Below, piece after piece: positions 20,635 through 30,784 of a DNA stretch of 64,000 bases; position 1 is the first letter of the stretch; each line of letters starts with the position of its first letter. The translations under genes and the position numbers were made by a program. A model generated the notes under the pieces. It was not told the DNA's origin. It saw only the letters and a program-made list of their open reading frames with translations, and searched no databases. Source of the stretch: an uncultured bacterium (lineage in GTDB: Bacteria; UBP4; UBA4092); contig CAZXWN010000002.1 of NCBI GenBank assembly GCA_964644695.1, forward strand, positions 248,001 to 312,000, read 5' to 3'.

Positions 20635-23526
20635 TTATAAGGTGGCGGCCACTTCTTCCATAACATAGACCTCAATAATGTCACCTTCGCGCAGGTCATT
20701 GTAGTTTTCGATAGTCAGACCGCATTCATATCCTTCAAGGACTTCCTTGGCATCATCCTTAAACCGCTTCAAGGAACCCAGCATATTCTCATAGACAACT
20801 TTGTTGTCCCTGAGGAGACGCACTTTGCTGTTTCGTGTAATCTTGCCAGACTGGACATAACATCCGGCAATACTCCCAACCTTTGCGGATTTAAAGACCT
20901 GGCGGACTACCACCCGGCCAATAACATTTTCCTTGAATGAAGGACCTAACAGACCGGCCATGGCGGCTCGTACTTCATTGACCGCATCATAAATGACGCG
21001 ATAAAGCCGAACATCAACGCCTTCTTTTTTGGCCATTTCCATCGCATTAGGTTCAGGGCGGACGTGGAATCCGATAATGATGGCATTTGATGCAGAGGCC
21101 AACAAGATATCTGATTCTGTAATAGCGCCGACACCGGTATGAATCGCGATGAGTTTAACTTTTTCAGTACTTTGTTTTTGTAAGGATTCAGTAAGTGCTT
21201 CAATAGAACCCTGTACGTCACCTTTAATGATGATGGGTAATTCTTTAACTTCACCGGATGCCACCTTGGTAGACAGCTCATCCAATGAAAGGTGATGCCG
21301 GGTTATCAAATCTTCCTCGCGTTTAAGCATCTCACGCTTGTATGCGGTTTCACGGGCTATTTTTTCAGACACAGTGACAATGAATTTGTCACCAGCTTCT
21401 GGCACAGATGAGAATCCGATTAATTCTACAGCAACACCCGGTCCGACACTGTCCAACTGTTCGGCCCGGTCGTTGAACATGGCACGAATACGACCATGTG
21501 TTATACCGCAAACGAAGGGATCTCCTGTTTTAAGGGTACCCTGCTGAACAAGGATGGTAGAGACTGGACCACGGCCACGATCCAGTTTTGCCTCAACGAC
21601 AGTTCCCTGTGCCGGCAATCTTGGATTAGCCTTGAGTTCCATTAAGTCCGCCTGTAAAAGGACGAGTTCCAGCAAGTTTTCCAAGCCGGTCCGTTTTTTA
21701 GCGGATACTTCAGCATAAATGGTCTTTCCACCCCAGTCTTCTGGAACCAGCCCGTGTTGAGCTAATTGTTGTTTTACATTATCCGGGTTTGCACCGGCAA
21801 CATCCATCTTATTGATGGCAACAATCAAAGGAACACCTGCGGCTTTGGAGTGGTTGATGGCTTCAACTGTTTGTGGCATCATTCCATCTACTGCGGAAAC
21901 AACGAGAATAACAATATCGGTTACCTTGGCACCACGGGCACGCATGGCAGTAAATGCTTCGTGACCAGGAGTGTCCAGGAAAACGATGGACCGATTATTG
22001 ATAGTGACATTATATGCACCGATGTGCTGAGTGATACCGCCGAACTCCCCAGACTGAACATGGGTATGACGAATGGCATCCAATAGAGATGTCTTACCAT
22101 GATCAACATGTCCCATGATGGTTACAACCGGACTTCTGGGTTCAGTATAATTTTTATCTTCTTCAGACACTTCAAATGTAGGGTTGCTTTCATCAAAAGT
22201 ATCTTCAATAAATTCGACATCCGCATTATATTCTGCAGCTAGTAAAAATACGGTTTCTTCATCCAGTCTTTGGTTAATGGTTACCATCTTGCCAAGGAGC
22301 ATGGCTTTTTTTATCAAGTCCGCTGCTGAAACACCCAAACTAGCTGACAGTGACTGAATATTTTGAACGCCAATAAGTTTTACTTCCCTTGGCTCCATAT
22401 TGTTTGGAGTAATTACGGGTGTCTCAATATGTTCAATGGCTGATATTTGTTCACGCCGTTTATTACGGTGATTTGTTTTTTTCTTCTGTGGTTTACCAAA
22501 CCTCTGAGAACCGGGTGAAGTTCGTGTGTTATGAAGAGTCCTTCCACCTGGTGCTGGAGTTAAGGATGGAGGTCCGGAGCGTAAGCCCTGTGGTCTCTGA
22601 CCGCCACCTGGACGTTGTCCGCCGCCTGGACGGCCTGGACCTGAATTCTGTCCTGGACGACCGGCACCCTGAGGACGATTGCCCTGATAAGGAGGACGCT
22701 GACCGGAAGACTGATTGGGTCCACCAGTTTGTGGTCGGTTGCCTTGATAGGGTGGACGTTGTCCTGAAGGTCCACCAGATGAGGGCCGATTGCCCTGATA
22801 AGGAGGACGCTGACCGGAAGACTGATTGGGTCCACCGGTTTGTGGTCGGTTACCCTGATAGGGTGGTCTCTGTCCTGAAGGTCCACCAGATGAGGGACGA
22901 TTGCCCTGATAAGGAGGACGCTGACCGGAAGACTGATTGGGTCCACCACCTTGGGGTCTATTACCTTGATAGGGTGGTCTTTGTCCTGAAGGTCCACCAG
23001 ATGAGGAACGATTACCCTGATAGGGAGGCCGTTGTCCAGATTGATTTTGTCCACTTGTTTGTGGGCGTGGAGCACGATTATCTCCGGCAGGTCTCGGTCT
23101 GTCTTGGGACATAGGCCTGGTTCCGGGGCGATTATTGGTACCAGATTCTTGAGGACGGCTTGTCGTCTGAGGCGGACGAGACTGACCCTGTTGTGGGGCC
23201 GGTCTGGCAGCCTGAGGTTGTGGCTGTGCCTGCTGTTGAACTGGAGCTGCAGGTTTCGCCGTGGGAGCTTGAGGGGCAGCAGGTGTTGCTTTGGGTACAG
23301 CTGGAGCTGCCTTCGGAGCCGGAGGAACTGAAGGAGCGGCTTTAGGTGCCGCAGGGGTGGCTGCCGTTTTTTTATAGGCTGCCCTTATTTTCTCGGCTGT
23401 ATCAACCTCGAGTGTGCTTGAATGGGATTTGGCTTCAATCCCTTTCTGATGACAATGATCTAACAACTCGGTGTTTGCGACACCCAGTTCTTTAGCCAGT
23501 TGATATATTCTGATTTTTTCCGCCAT
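20635..23526 (-). CDS. infB: Translation initiation factor IF-2
   Basis: [12 protein letters not shown]-domain, [36 protein letters not shown]. Confidence 0.99.
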   Translation of the reverse strand: MAEKIRIYQLAKELGVANTELLDHCHQKGIEAKSHSSTLEVDTAEKIRAAYKKTAATPAAPKAAPSVPPAPKAAPAVPKATPAAPQAPTAKPAAPVQQQAQPQPQAARPAPQQGQSRPPQTTSRPQESGTNNRPGTRPMSQDRPRPAGDNRAPRPQTSGQNQSGQRPPYQGNRSSSGGPSGQRPPYQGNRPQGGGPNQSSGQRPPYQGNRPSSGGPSGQRPPYQGNRPQTGGPNQSSGQRPPYQGNRPSSGGPSGQRPPYQGNRPQTGGPNQSSGQRPPYQGNRPQGAGRPGQNSGPGRPGGGQRPGGGQRPQGLRSGPPSLTPAPGGRTLHNTRTSPGSQRFGKPQKKKTNHRNKRREQISAIEHIETPVITPNNMEPREVKLIGVQNIQSLSASLGVSAADLIKKAMLLGKMVTINQRLDEETVFLLAAEYNADVEFIEDTFDESNPTFEVSEEDKNYTEPRSPVVTIMGHVDHGKTSLLDAIRHTHVQSGEFGGITQHIGAYNVTINNRSIVFLDTPGHEAFTAMRARGAKVTDIVILVVSAVDGMMPQTVEAINHSKAAGVPLIVAINKMDVAGANPDNVKQQLAQHGLVPEDWGGKTIYAEVSAKKRTGLENLLELVLLQADLMELKANPRLPAQGTVVEAKLDRGRGPVSTILVQQGTLKTGDPFVCGITHGRIRAMFNDRAEQLDSVGPGVAVELIGFSSVPEAGDKFIVTVSEKIARETAYKREMLKREEDLITRHHLSLDELSTKVASGEVKELPIIIKGDVQGSIEALTESLQKQSTEKVKLIAIHTGVGAITESDILLASASNAIIIGFHVRPEPNAMEMAKKEGVDVRLYRVIYDAVNEVRAAMAGLLGPSFKENVIGRVVVRQVFKSAKVGSIAGCYVQSGKITRNSKVRLLRDNKVVYENMLGSLKRFKDDAKEVLEGYECGLTIENYNDLREGDIIEVYVMEEVAATL
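22675..23040 (-). repeat. Coding tandem repeat in infB (7 x [11 protein letters not shown]; 111-bp higher-order period)
   Basis: GCCCTGATAAGGAGGACGCTGACCGGAAGACTGATTGGGTCCACC recurs at 22681, 22792 and 22903. Confidence 0.92.
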
Positions 23527-23532
23527 GTACGA

Positions 23533-24768
23533 TTAATCCTTCTCCTCTTTGTTCTCGACATCATCAGTTGTTTCTTCTATCTGATCGAGAAACTCGGTTT
23601 CCGTCTCCTCAACAAAATCCGGGGAATCCGCCGGGAGAGTAATGCTGTCATCTATTTGATTCGAATTGGTTTCTTCAATTATTGGCTCATCAAGAGTGAG
23701 CTCTGTTTCATTATCTGTTGCTTCTTCTGAAGTATCTTCCGTTTGTTCAGCGATAATATCCAAGTTCCATCCTGTCAGTTTGGATGCGAGTTTGGCGTTC
23801 TGTCCGTGTTTTCCAATAGCCAGGGATAACTGGTTTTCTTCAACCGTTACCGTAGCTTTTGAGTTTTCCGGGTCTAACTCTGCATACAATATCTTGGCTG
23901 GATTTAAAGCATTCGCAATATATTGCTGCGCGTCTTCACTCCAGGGCACGATATCAACCTTTTCGCCCTTTAGTTCACGCACGACAATCTGGACTCGGGA
24001 ACCCTTCATACCCACACAGGCACCCACAGGGTCCACATTACGGTCTGAACAGGATACGGCTATTTTAGCTCTGTCACCGGGTTCTCGGGAAACTGACTGA
24101 ATGGTTACAACACCATCAGCGATTTCTGGAACTTCCTGCTCAAAAAGCAGACGAACGAGGTCCGGGTGCGTACGGGATAAGATGATTTGGGGGCCTTTGG
24201 CTGAAGATTTTACTTCCATACACAGGCACTTAATCAGGTCACCCTGGTGTAATCCATGATTCTTGGGTAATTCCCGATAAGGTATCAGAGCTTCTGTCTG
24301 CTCGACATCGGCAATGACCCCTTCTTTGTCAAATCGTTGAACTCGGCCGGTGATGAGATGGCCTTCTTTATGTTTAAACTGATCAAAAATATTTGTGCGT
24401 TGGGCATCGCGGATTTTTTGATGAATAATTTGTTTAACTGTCTGGGCAGCAATACGACCCAAGTCCTGAGCAGGGATTTCATCCTCAACCAGGGCACCAA
24501 TAGCAATATTTTCATCCACTCGTTTACGGGCAGATTTTAAATCCATCTCATTTTCCGGGTCTGCAACAGCCTTTACGACAGTCTTAATCGCATATAAATG
24601 AATTTCACCGGTTTTCCGGTCGATTTCGACGCGCAGTTCATTCACAGTCGGACGGTATTTTTTAGCAGCTTGAAGCAGGGCCTGTTCTATTGCTACAAAC
24701 AGAGTTTCCGGATCTACACCACGGTCGGCGCAAATCTGTCTAATGATGTGACTCAGTTCGTTTGCCAT
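23533..24768 (-). CDS. nusA: Transcription termination/antitermination factor NusA
   Basis: GRIAAQTVKQ, LSRTHP, REPGDRAKIAV, DPVGACVG, LSLAIGKHGQNA; acidic tail. Start placed at ATG 24768. Confidence 0.98.
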   Translation of the reverse strand: MANELSHIIRQICADRGVDPETLFVAIEQALLQAAKKYRPTVNELRVEIDRKTGEIHLYAIKTVVKAVADPENEMDLKSARKRVDENIAIGALVEDEIPAQDLGRIAAQTVKQIIHQKIRDAQRTNIFDQFKHKEGHLITGRVQRFDKEGVIADVEQTEALIPYRELPKNHGLHQGDLIKCLCMEVKSSAKGPQIILSRTHPDLVRLLFEQEVPEIADGVVTIQSVSREPGDRAKIAVSCSDRNVDPVGACVGMKGSRVQIVVRELKGEKVDIVPWSEDAQQYIANALNPAKILYAELDPENSKATVTVEENQLSLAIGKHGQNAKLASKLTGWNLDIIAEQTEDTSEEATDNETELTLDEPIIEETNSNQIDDSITLPADSPDFVEETETEFLDQIEETTDDVENKEEKD

Positions 24769-24862
24769 CGTAACCCCTCGTCTCCCGCCTCTGTGACCGA
24801 TTTTCGGTCTTTCAGTGTCAGTTTCGGGATGGTTAGTCCCGCCATTGACTCGGCGTTTATAA

Positions 24863-25411
24863 TTATTTCGTTGGTTTCTTTTTTTTCTTTTTGGGATGGT
24901 GGTTGGTTCCGCCAAACATGGCATCCCAATCAACATCCAAATGACAGACAGCGATCTCTTCCAGCTGGATATGCCGGTGAGGTTCTCCTTCGGTTTCTTC
25001 TAACAGGAGATACCCACCTTCCGGAGATTCCGGTTCGAACTTATCCAGCAGACCTACATAGACATTCTGTCCGTCTATCGGGGTACGGGTGACAACTTTG
25101 ACCCGCTTCCCTAAATTTCGTTGGTAATCCCGCTCTTTCTTAAAGGGGCGATCCAGTCCCGGCGAAGAGACTTCCAGTGAATAAGTACCGGGAATCATGT
25201 TCTCCTGTTCATCCAGGAATTCACTCAATCGCCGACTTACTTTTTCACAATGACTGACCTCAACACCATCCGGATGATCAATGATGAACCGGATGACACG
25301 ACGTCTGCCCTCAGTGCTGAATTCAATGTCCACAAGTTCTACACCGACCTCTTCCGTGATCGGAAGGGCCATTTCTTCCAACTTATGGAGCAGAAGCGGA
25401 TGATTCAGCAT
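24863..25411 (-). CDS. rimP: Ribosome maturation factor RimP
   Basis: YSLEVSSPGLDRP signature; first gene of the nusA-infB operon. Confidence 0.97.
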   Translation of the reverse strand: MLNHPLLLHKLEEMALPITEEVGVELVDIEFSTEGRRRVIRFIIDHPDGVEVSHCEKVSRRLSEFLDEQENMIPGTYSLEVSSPGLDRPFKKERDYQRNLGKRVKVVTRTPIDGQNVYVGLLDKFEPESPEGGYLLLEETEGEPHRHIQLEEIAVCHLDVDWDAMFGGTNHHPKKKKKKPTK

Positions 25412-25440
25412 AAAAATTTATTTATTCAGTTCCTTAAAAT

Positions 25441-25465
25441 AAAAAAGTCTCGAACTGTCGAGACT
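25441..25465 (-). promoter_or_regulatory. Terminator-like attenuator in the rimP leader
   Basis: Minus-strand AGTCTCGA-CAGT-TCGAGACT followed by a T-tract, between the promoter and the rimP RBS. Confidence 0.65.
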
Positions 25466-25482
25466 CCTCTTCTCAGTACAAT

Positions 25483-25512
25483 ATTATACTCCCTAAGGCC
25501 TTGATTTTGCAA
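25483..25512 (-). promoter_or_regulatory. sigma70-type promoter of the rimP operon
   Basis: TTGCAA-18 nt-TATAAT on the minus strand. Confidence 0.65.
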
Positions 25513-25619
25513 GTCAAAATCCACCTAACTCAAAACAAGTCAAGTCTGGGGATTAAAACCATTCGGCCCCTCTGGTGTAAACTTATCCATACAGTTGATT
25601 CATATCAGGGAGGTTGAGT

Positions 25620-26255
25620 ATGAGTACTGTTTTATATATAGTGGCGAATCCGAAGACCAGCCAGGAATCTTTTAGTCAAAAAGTAGGAGATTATTTCCTT
25701 CAGGAATATCGAAAACAACATCCGGATTCAAAAATCACCGTTCTGGATTTGTACTCGACTTCCGTCCCCTTTTTGGATGAAGACCACTTTACCGGCTGGA
25801 AACTGATGGAACAAGGGATTCCTTTGGACCAGATGCCAGAACCCGTTCGGGGAAAAATGACGGTTGCTATGTCCTTCATTGATGCATTGATTGAACATGA
25901 CCATTATATCATGGTGACACCCTTCTGGAATTTGGGGATTCCCGGAATATTAAAGTCATTCATTGATTTGATTGTAGTTGCAGGAAAAACCTTCAAGTTT
26001 ACTGAGAAGGGTTCAGAAGGATTGTTGACAGGTAAAAAAGCTCTCCATATCCAATCTCGGGGAGGGACCTTTTCCGAAGGACCTTATCAGGATTTTGAAT
26101 ATGGTGACCGATATCTTCGGACCCTGTTTGGATTTCTGGGGGTTCGGGATTTTCAATCACTCATTATTGAGGGAACCAGTCAGTTTCCAGAGAAAACCGA
26201 TCTCATTGTTGCTGATGCACTCGAGAAGGCTCGTAAGCTGGCAGTTATATTTTAA
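25620..26255 (+). CDS. azoR: FMN-dependent NADH-azoreductase (flavodoxin-2 family)
   Basis: VLYIVANP, PFWNLGIPGILKSFID, AGKTFKFTEKG, SRGG, YLRTLFGFLG. Confidence 0.88.
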   Translation: MSTVLYIVANPKTSQESFSQKVGDYFLQEYRKQHPDSKITVLDLYSTSVPFLDEDHFTGWKLMEQGIPLDQMPEPVRGKMTVAMSFIDALIEHDHYIMVTPFWNLGIPGILKSFIDLIVVAGKTFKFTEKGSEGLLTGKKALHIQSRGGTFSEGPYQDFEYGDRYLRTLFGFLGVRDFQSLIIEGTSQFPEKTDLIVADALEKARKLAVIF

Positions 26256-26347
26256 TCTTCAATCTATAAATTAACAGTATAAATCTAAAATCAATTAAAT
26301 CAATATTTTATAGTTTATACTATTAGCATGATGGAACGAAGCAGAAA

Positions 26348-26392
26348 CGAAGCACCTACGGAGCTGTTCCGAGCAAGTCCGTGGGTGCTTCG
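26348..26392. repeat. 45-bp palindromic intergenic repeat, copy 3 (loop in opposite orientation)
   Basis: CGAAGCACCTACGGA-GCTGTTCCGAGCAAG-TCCGTGGGTGCTTCG. Confidence 0.85.
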
Positions 26393-26400
26393 AAAGACTC

Positions 26401-27471
26401 TTATTTCTGAGTGGGTTTATATTCTGAGAGATATTTCAAGATACTGGGGTCAATCCCACCCAGTCTCCAAAAAGTGATTCCCCCCAGTTGGTATTTATTG
26501 GCCATCTCCCACCGTGATTCAAAGACTCGGAGATCATGATACCAGACGGTTCTTTGGGAGTAGGTGGAGGGGTCTTGATAGGTGAACCACCATTCCTGAG
26601 CGGTGGTATCCCAGGTGGGGGTAATATTATTTTCTTTTATCAATTTAGTCGCTGTGGTCCACATGGCTTCCTTTTCTTTGGGTGCACCCCAATCCAGACC
26701 ATAAGTGGCTACTCCCATGTACAGCTTTTCAGGAGGAATGACCGTTACGGCAAACTGGGTGATTTTTTCAACCCAGTCCACGGGAGCAATACATCCCGGG
26801 GCTCCTCCGGAATAATGATGGTCATAAGCCATGATCCGAACCCTGTCACACACTTTACCTAAGGCGACATAATTGTGGGCAATCTGGGAATCCCAGTCTC
26901 CCGGTTCGGAAAATTTGGCATGGACAGCCACAGAAAGCAGTTTTCCTTTTTTATGGAGAGCCGTGCTTAACTCGGTCATGAAAAGAGAGAAGGCATCCCG
27001 GTCTTCTCTTTTCAATCCCTCATAATCAATATCTACACCATCATAGTTATACTTTTGGGTAAGACTCACCAGGTTTTTAACATGTCTTTTTCGGAGAACC
27101 GGATTATTGACAACCTGGGAGACTCTCTCTGATTGAAAAGCATTACTAATGAGCGGAATCACCTTGATTCCATTTTTATGACAATACTGAACAAATTTCC
27201 GATGACTAAATTTAAGTTTTTTGGCTTTGAGCATTTCGGGGATTCCCTGGGCAGATTTCAGATTCCCTGTGGAATCCATGTCATACCAGAAGGGAAGTAC
27301 CTCGGTGAACAATCCCGGATAAGTGGTCATTTCAGTGAAGGATCTGTCCCAGTCCCAAAATGCCATCCAGGTCGTTACCTGGGGGCGGTGAGGGGATTGG
27401 GCGGAGCTGATAGAGAATAAAAGAGTAAAAAAGAGTAATAGGGTTAGTTGGGGGATAAGTTTTGTTTTCAT
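26401..27471 (-). CDS. Secreted glycoside hydrolase family 18
   Basis: Signal peptide; YDGVDIDYE (DxxDxDxE), IMAYD, YGLDW, GITFWRLG. Confidence 0.92.
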   Translation of the reverse strand: MKTKLIPQLTLLLFFTLLFSISSAQSPHRPQVTTWMAFWDWDRSFTEMTTYPGLFTEVLPFWYDMDSTGNLKSAQGIPEMLKAKKLKFSHRKFVQYCHKNGIKVIPLISNAFQSERVSQVVNNPVLRKRHVKNLVSLTQKYNYDGVDIDYEGLKREDRDAFSLFMTELSTALHKKGKLLSVAVHAKFSEPGDWDSQIAHNYVALGKVCDRVRIMAYDHHYSGGAPGCIAPVDWVEKITQFAVTVIPPEKLYMGVATYGLDWGAPKEKEAMWTTATKLIKENNITPTWDTTAQEWWFTYQDPSTYSQRTVWYHDLRVFESRWEMANKYQLGGITFWRLGGIDPSILKYLSEYKPTQK

Positions 27472-27558
27472 GGCAACATTATAACCAGAATCTGTTAAAT
27501 ATGTCCCGGTAAGATGTTAAAATGATTGTCGTAACAATGAAAATTGACGGGTCTTTTA

Positions 27559-27587
27559 TTGACTTCAATGAGGGGCTCGTTTAAGAT
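27559..27587 (+). promoter_or_regulatory. sigma70-type promoter of the SRP RNA gene
   Basis: TTGACT-17 nt-TAAGAT. Confidence 0.65.
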
Positions 27588-27602
27588 GATTATTCTATTA
27601 CC

Positions 27603-27793
27603 GGGGGAAAGACTTCCTGGTTCCCAGCCTGCCGTGCTGGAGTGAATGATGATAGCAAGGTCCCGTGCGACAGATGCCTTCGAAATTTGTCAGGTCCGGA
27701 AGGAAGCAGCAATAAGGAGATACATCTGGGTGCCGCGGGTTTCCGGGTTATTAAAGTTCCTTCTCACGGTGGGTTGGGTACCAGGAGGTCCCC
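27603..27793 (+). ncRNA. ffs: Signal recognition particle RNA, extended form
   Basis: Helix-8 core TGTCAGGTCCGGAAGGAAGCAGCA; long closing helix GACTTCCTGG..CCCAGCCTGCCGTG / CACGGTGGGTTGGG..CCAGGAGGTC; canonical position before dnaX. Confidence 0.93.
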
Positions 27794-27847
27794 ATCCGGA
27801 ACATCAGGGTCAAAAATGGCCGTCTTATCCATAGTTTCGAGGTGGAG

Positions 27848-29644
27848 ATGAGTTATCAAGTCATAGCTCGCCGATATCGTCCGCAGACCTTCAAAGAAGT
27901 CATTGGACAGGATCATGTGAGCGAATCGCTGGCCAAGTCTATTGTTCAGAACCGCGTGGCGCATGCCTATTTATTTTGTGGTCCACGGGGTTGTGGTAAG
28001 ACGACGACTGCCCGTATTCTGGCAAAGGCTCTGAATTGCCTCAAAGGACCTACCCCTACGCCCTGTAATGAATGTGACAACTGTCGCAGTATTACAGATG
28101 GTTCCAATGTCGATGTGATTGAAATCGATGCTGCCTCCAACAACGGCGTAGATGATGTCCGTCAATTACGGGAATATGTCCAGCTGGCCCCCAGTGGAAT
28201 GAGCAAGTACCGGGTTTATGTCATTGACGAAGTTCACATGCTCTCCACATCCGCCTTCAATGCGTTATTAAAAACCATCGAAGAACCGCCGTCTCATGCT
28301 ATTTTCATCCTGGCGACAACAGAGAAACATAAAGTCCCCGTCACCATCGTTTCCCGGTGTCAGCAATATGATTTCAAGATGATGACCCTGAAAGATTTGG
28401 TGAATCAGTTAGCTTTTATTGCGGACCATGAGGAAGGATTGAAGATTGTTCCTGAAGAACGGGATGCCATCATGGGAATGTTGGCGAAAGCGGGCCGTGG
28501 TTCCATGCGGGATGCTGAATCTTTGTTGGAACAATTGATTGCCTTTAGTGGTGGTGAATTGACTCTGGAGAAAACAAAATCTCTATTAGGGTCTCTTCCC
28601 AGTGAAATCGTTTCTTTGTATGTGGATGCCATACTTGTGGAGGATAATCGAGAAGCGATCATCAAGATGTCCTCCCTGTTAGATCAGGGCATTGAATATG
28701 AACAGGTCTGTAAAGAATTATTAGAATATTACCGGTCATTGGCACTTCTGCGAGTGTTGGGTCCGGAAAATCATGGATTAGATTTAACGGTGGATGAAGT
28801 CCAAAGACGGATGCCCCAGTCACAGGTGTTGGAAAATGCCCAGCTGATCCAGTTGATGAAATTATGTACTCATGCCATTGAACAGTTACGGAAAACGGTT
28901 CCCGGTAAAGTGGTTCTGGATTTATTGACTCTTGATTCTATTCAGGTGAAGCAGACAATGTCTTTACCTGAAATCGTGGATCAAATCCGGGCAATTCAAA
29001 AGGGACTGACTCCAACAACCCGGGCCCAGGTGGCATATGTTCCTCCGGCGTCTTATACAACCACTCCCCGGAAAAACTATTCAAGTCAATCGTTGAATCT
29101 GGAATTACCGTCTGTTAAATTACCGTCAATGTTGGATTCCACAGATGAGGTTTCCTCATCAGAAAATAATGAACCGGATGTTGTAGTGACTGCCGGGTCC
29201 AATCCAGTATTGGACCAGGTGATTGAAATCGTCCAAAATGAAAATCCTGCCGTAGGTGCCGCATTACGGAGGGTTACGGTATTAAATGAATCTTCAGACC
29301 AGATGGTATTAGGGATTGATTCGTCTCTCGAATTTCAAATTTCCAGTCTGGAACGGCCTGAAATTAAACACCTGCTTGATGTTACACTGGCTAAAATCAA
29401 AGGTGCTCCATGCCGGTTTACTTTGGAAAAAGTAGCTGGGCTGGAGGCTCGACTGGGTAAGAAAAAGCCGGCTAAAGCTCAGGTACGAAAAAATGAGTTT
29501 ATTAAAAACAGTGGTATTGAAATGGAATTAAAAAAGGATCCGATGGTCCTTAAAGTGATTGAACTTTTTGGAGCGGCCCACTTCGACTATACAGCGCTGG
29601 TGGTGCCTGCCGAAACGGAAAACTCCCAGGAGGAAAAAGAATGA
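27848..29644 (+). CDS. dnaX: DNA polymerase III subunit gamma/tau
   Basis: ARRYRPQTF, GPRGCGKTT, zinc Cys cluster, EIDAASN, IDEVHML, SRC. Confidence 0.98.
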   Translation: MSYQVIARRYRPQTFKEVIGQDHVSESLAKSIVQNRVAHAYLFCGPRGCGKTTTARILAKALNCLKGPTPTPCNECDNCRSITDGSNVDVIEIDAASNNGVDDVRQLREYVQLAPSGMSKYRVYVIDEVHMLSTSAFNALLKTIEEPPSHAIFILATTEKHKVPVTIVSRCQQYDFKMMTLKDLVNQLAFIADHEEGLKIVPEERDAIMGMLAKAGRGSMRDAESLLEQLIAFSGGELTLEKTKSLLGSLPSEIVSLYVDAILVEDNREAIIKMSSLLDQGIEYEQVCKELLEYYRSLALLRVLGPENHGLDLTVDEVQRRMPQSQVLENAQLIQLMKLCTHAIEQLRKTVPGKVVLDLLTLDSIQVKQTMSLPEIVDQIRAIQKGLTPTTRAQVAYVPPASYTTTPRKNYSSQSLNLELPSVKLPSMLDSTDEVSSSENNEPDVVVTAGSNPVLDQVIEIVQNENPAVGAALRRVTVLNESSDQMVLGIDSSLEFQISSLERPEIKHLLDVTLAKIKGAPCRFTLEKVAGLEARLGKKKPAKAQVRKNEFIKNSGIEMELKKDPMVLKVIELFGAAHFDYTALVVPAETENSQEEKE

Positions 29645-29958
29645 ATCTGCATAAATTAATGAAACAGGCGCAGCAAATGCAAAACAAGATTGCCAGCGTT
29701 CAGGAAGAAGTGGCAAAGAAAACTGTGGAAGGTGCTGCAGGCGGCGGTACGGTCAAATGTGTCGCCAGCGGTGATGGAAAACTGGTTTCCATCGAAATCT
29801 CCCCGGAAGTCATTTCTGCGGATGACCGCGATATGCTGCAGGACCTCGTTTTAGCGGCAGTGAACAATGCTCTGGAAAATGCCAAAGCCATGTCTCAGGA
29901 AGAGATGAAGAAAGTGGCCGGCGGCATGAACATCCCGGGCATGGACGGCCTGTTTTAA
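29641..29958 (+). CDS. ybaB: YbaB/EbfC nucleoid-associated protein
   Basis: MKQAQQMQ...GAAGGG...MLQDLVLAAVN. Confidence 0.97.
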   Translation: MNLHKLMKQAQQMQNKIASVQEEVAKKTVEGAAGGGTVKCVASGDGKLVSIEISPEVISADDRDMLQDLVLAAVNNALENAKAMSQEEMKKVAGGMNIPGMDGLF

Positions 29959-29974
29959 TTTATCCTGAATTATT

Positions 29975-30574
29975 GTGTTATACACTCCTGTCATAGAGCG
30001 TCTGGTTAATGAACTTCGACAACTGCCTGGAATCGGTCCGAAATCAGCGCAGCGGTTAACCTATTATTTGCTCAAGCAGGATTCAACCCGGGTACAGGCA
30101 TTGGCGGATTCCATTCAGGGAATCATCGGGAAAATTAAGTATTGTGAGATATGCTGCAATATCACCGAAGATGACCAGTGTTCCATCTGTCGGGATGCCT
30201 CTCGGAATCAGTCCACTATTTTAGTTGTTGAACAGCCCTTTGATATCCTGGCCTTTGAACGGACGGGAGTATTCAAAGGGCTGTATCATTGTCTTCTGGG
30301 TTCACTCTCTCCCATGGATGGGATCACACCGGATCAGTTACGAATCCAGCCCTTAATCAAAAGAGTGGAGTCAGGGACGATCACGGAAGTCATTATTGGG
30401 ACAAATCCCACCTCTGAAGGGGAAGCTACCGGAGTGTATCTTCTCAATCGCCTCAAACCTTATGGTATTACAATCTCCCGGATTGGTGTCGGTATCCCTA
30501 TGGGGGGAGATTTGGAATATACCGATCAGCAAACTCTTTCCCGCGCCTTCGAAGGCCGCCATATCCTTCGCTAA
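29975..30574 (+). CDS. recR: Recombination mediator RecR
   Basis: LPGIGPKSAQR HhH, C4 zinc finger, TOPRIM NPTSEGEAT, GIPMGGDLEY; GTG start. Confidence 0.98.
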   Translation: MLYTPVIERLVNELRQLPGIGPKSAQRLTYYLLKQDSTRVQALADSIQGIIGKIKYCEICCNITEDDQCSICRDASRNQSTILVVEQPFDILAFERTGVFKGLYHCLLGSLSPMDGITPDQLRIQPLIKRVESGTITEVIIGTNPTSEGEATGVYLLNRLKPYGITISRIGVGIPMGGDLEYTDQQTLSRAFEGRHILR

Positions 30575-30784
30575 TTTCTGCGATGGGATTAATGAATCCC
30601 TCTCTTTATAAAACAACCCATGAAAAGGGGTTTATTAGTAATTATTTATTTTAATGATAGGATGTGTCTGCACTAAGCTATATTTTGAAACACCTAAATC
30701 ATCTAAAATGCTATACAATACAGCAAAAGACAACGGGGATCTAAATTCTCTCCCCATCTAACATGATTTTAATAGGAAATATTT

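Noticed and set aside
22419-23114. Repetitive 231-aa (+) and 171-aa (-) ORFs; CRISPR-like periodicity
   Set aside because: These are shadow frames of the infB coding repeat. The units are tandem with no unique spacers, and no cas genes are present.
24769-24936. N-terminal extensions of NusA (from 24936) and RbfA (from 20426) in the ORF track
   Set aside because: They overlap upstream genes, and RBS-preceded ATGs at 24768 and 20312 match the family N-termini.
27642-27851. Short ORFs over the region upstream of dnaX
   Set aside because: They overlap the SRP RNA gene and have no protein features.
29530-29536. In-frame A_AAA_AAG slippery heptamer in dnaX (gamma-subunit frameshift)
   Set aside because: It lies only about 36 codons from the stop and has no convincing upstream SD or properly spaced downstream hairpin; probably an incidental Leu-Lys-Lys coding.
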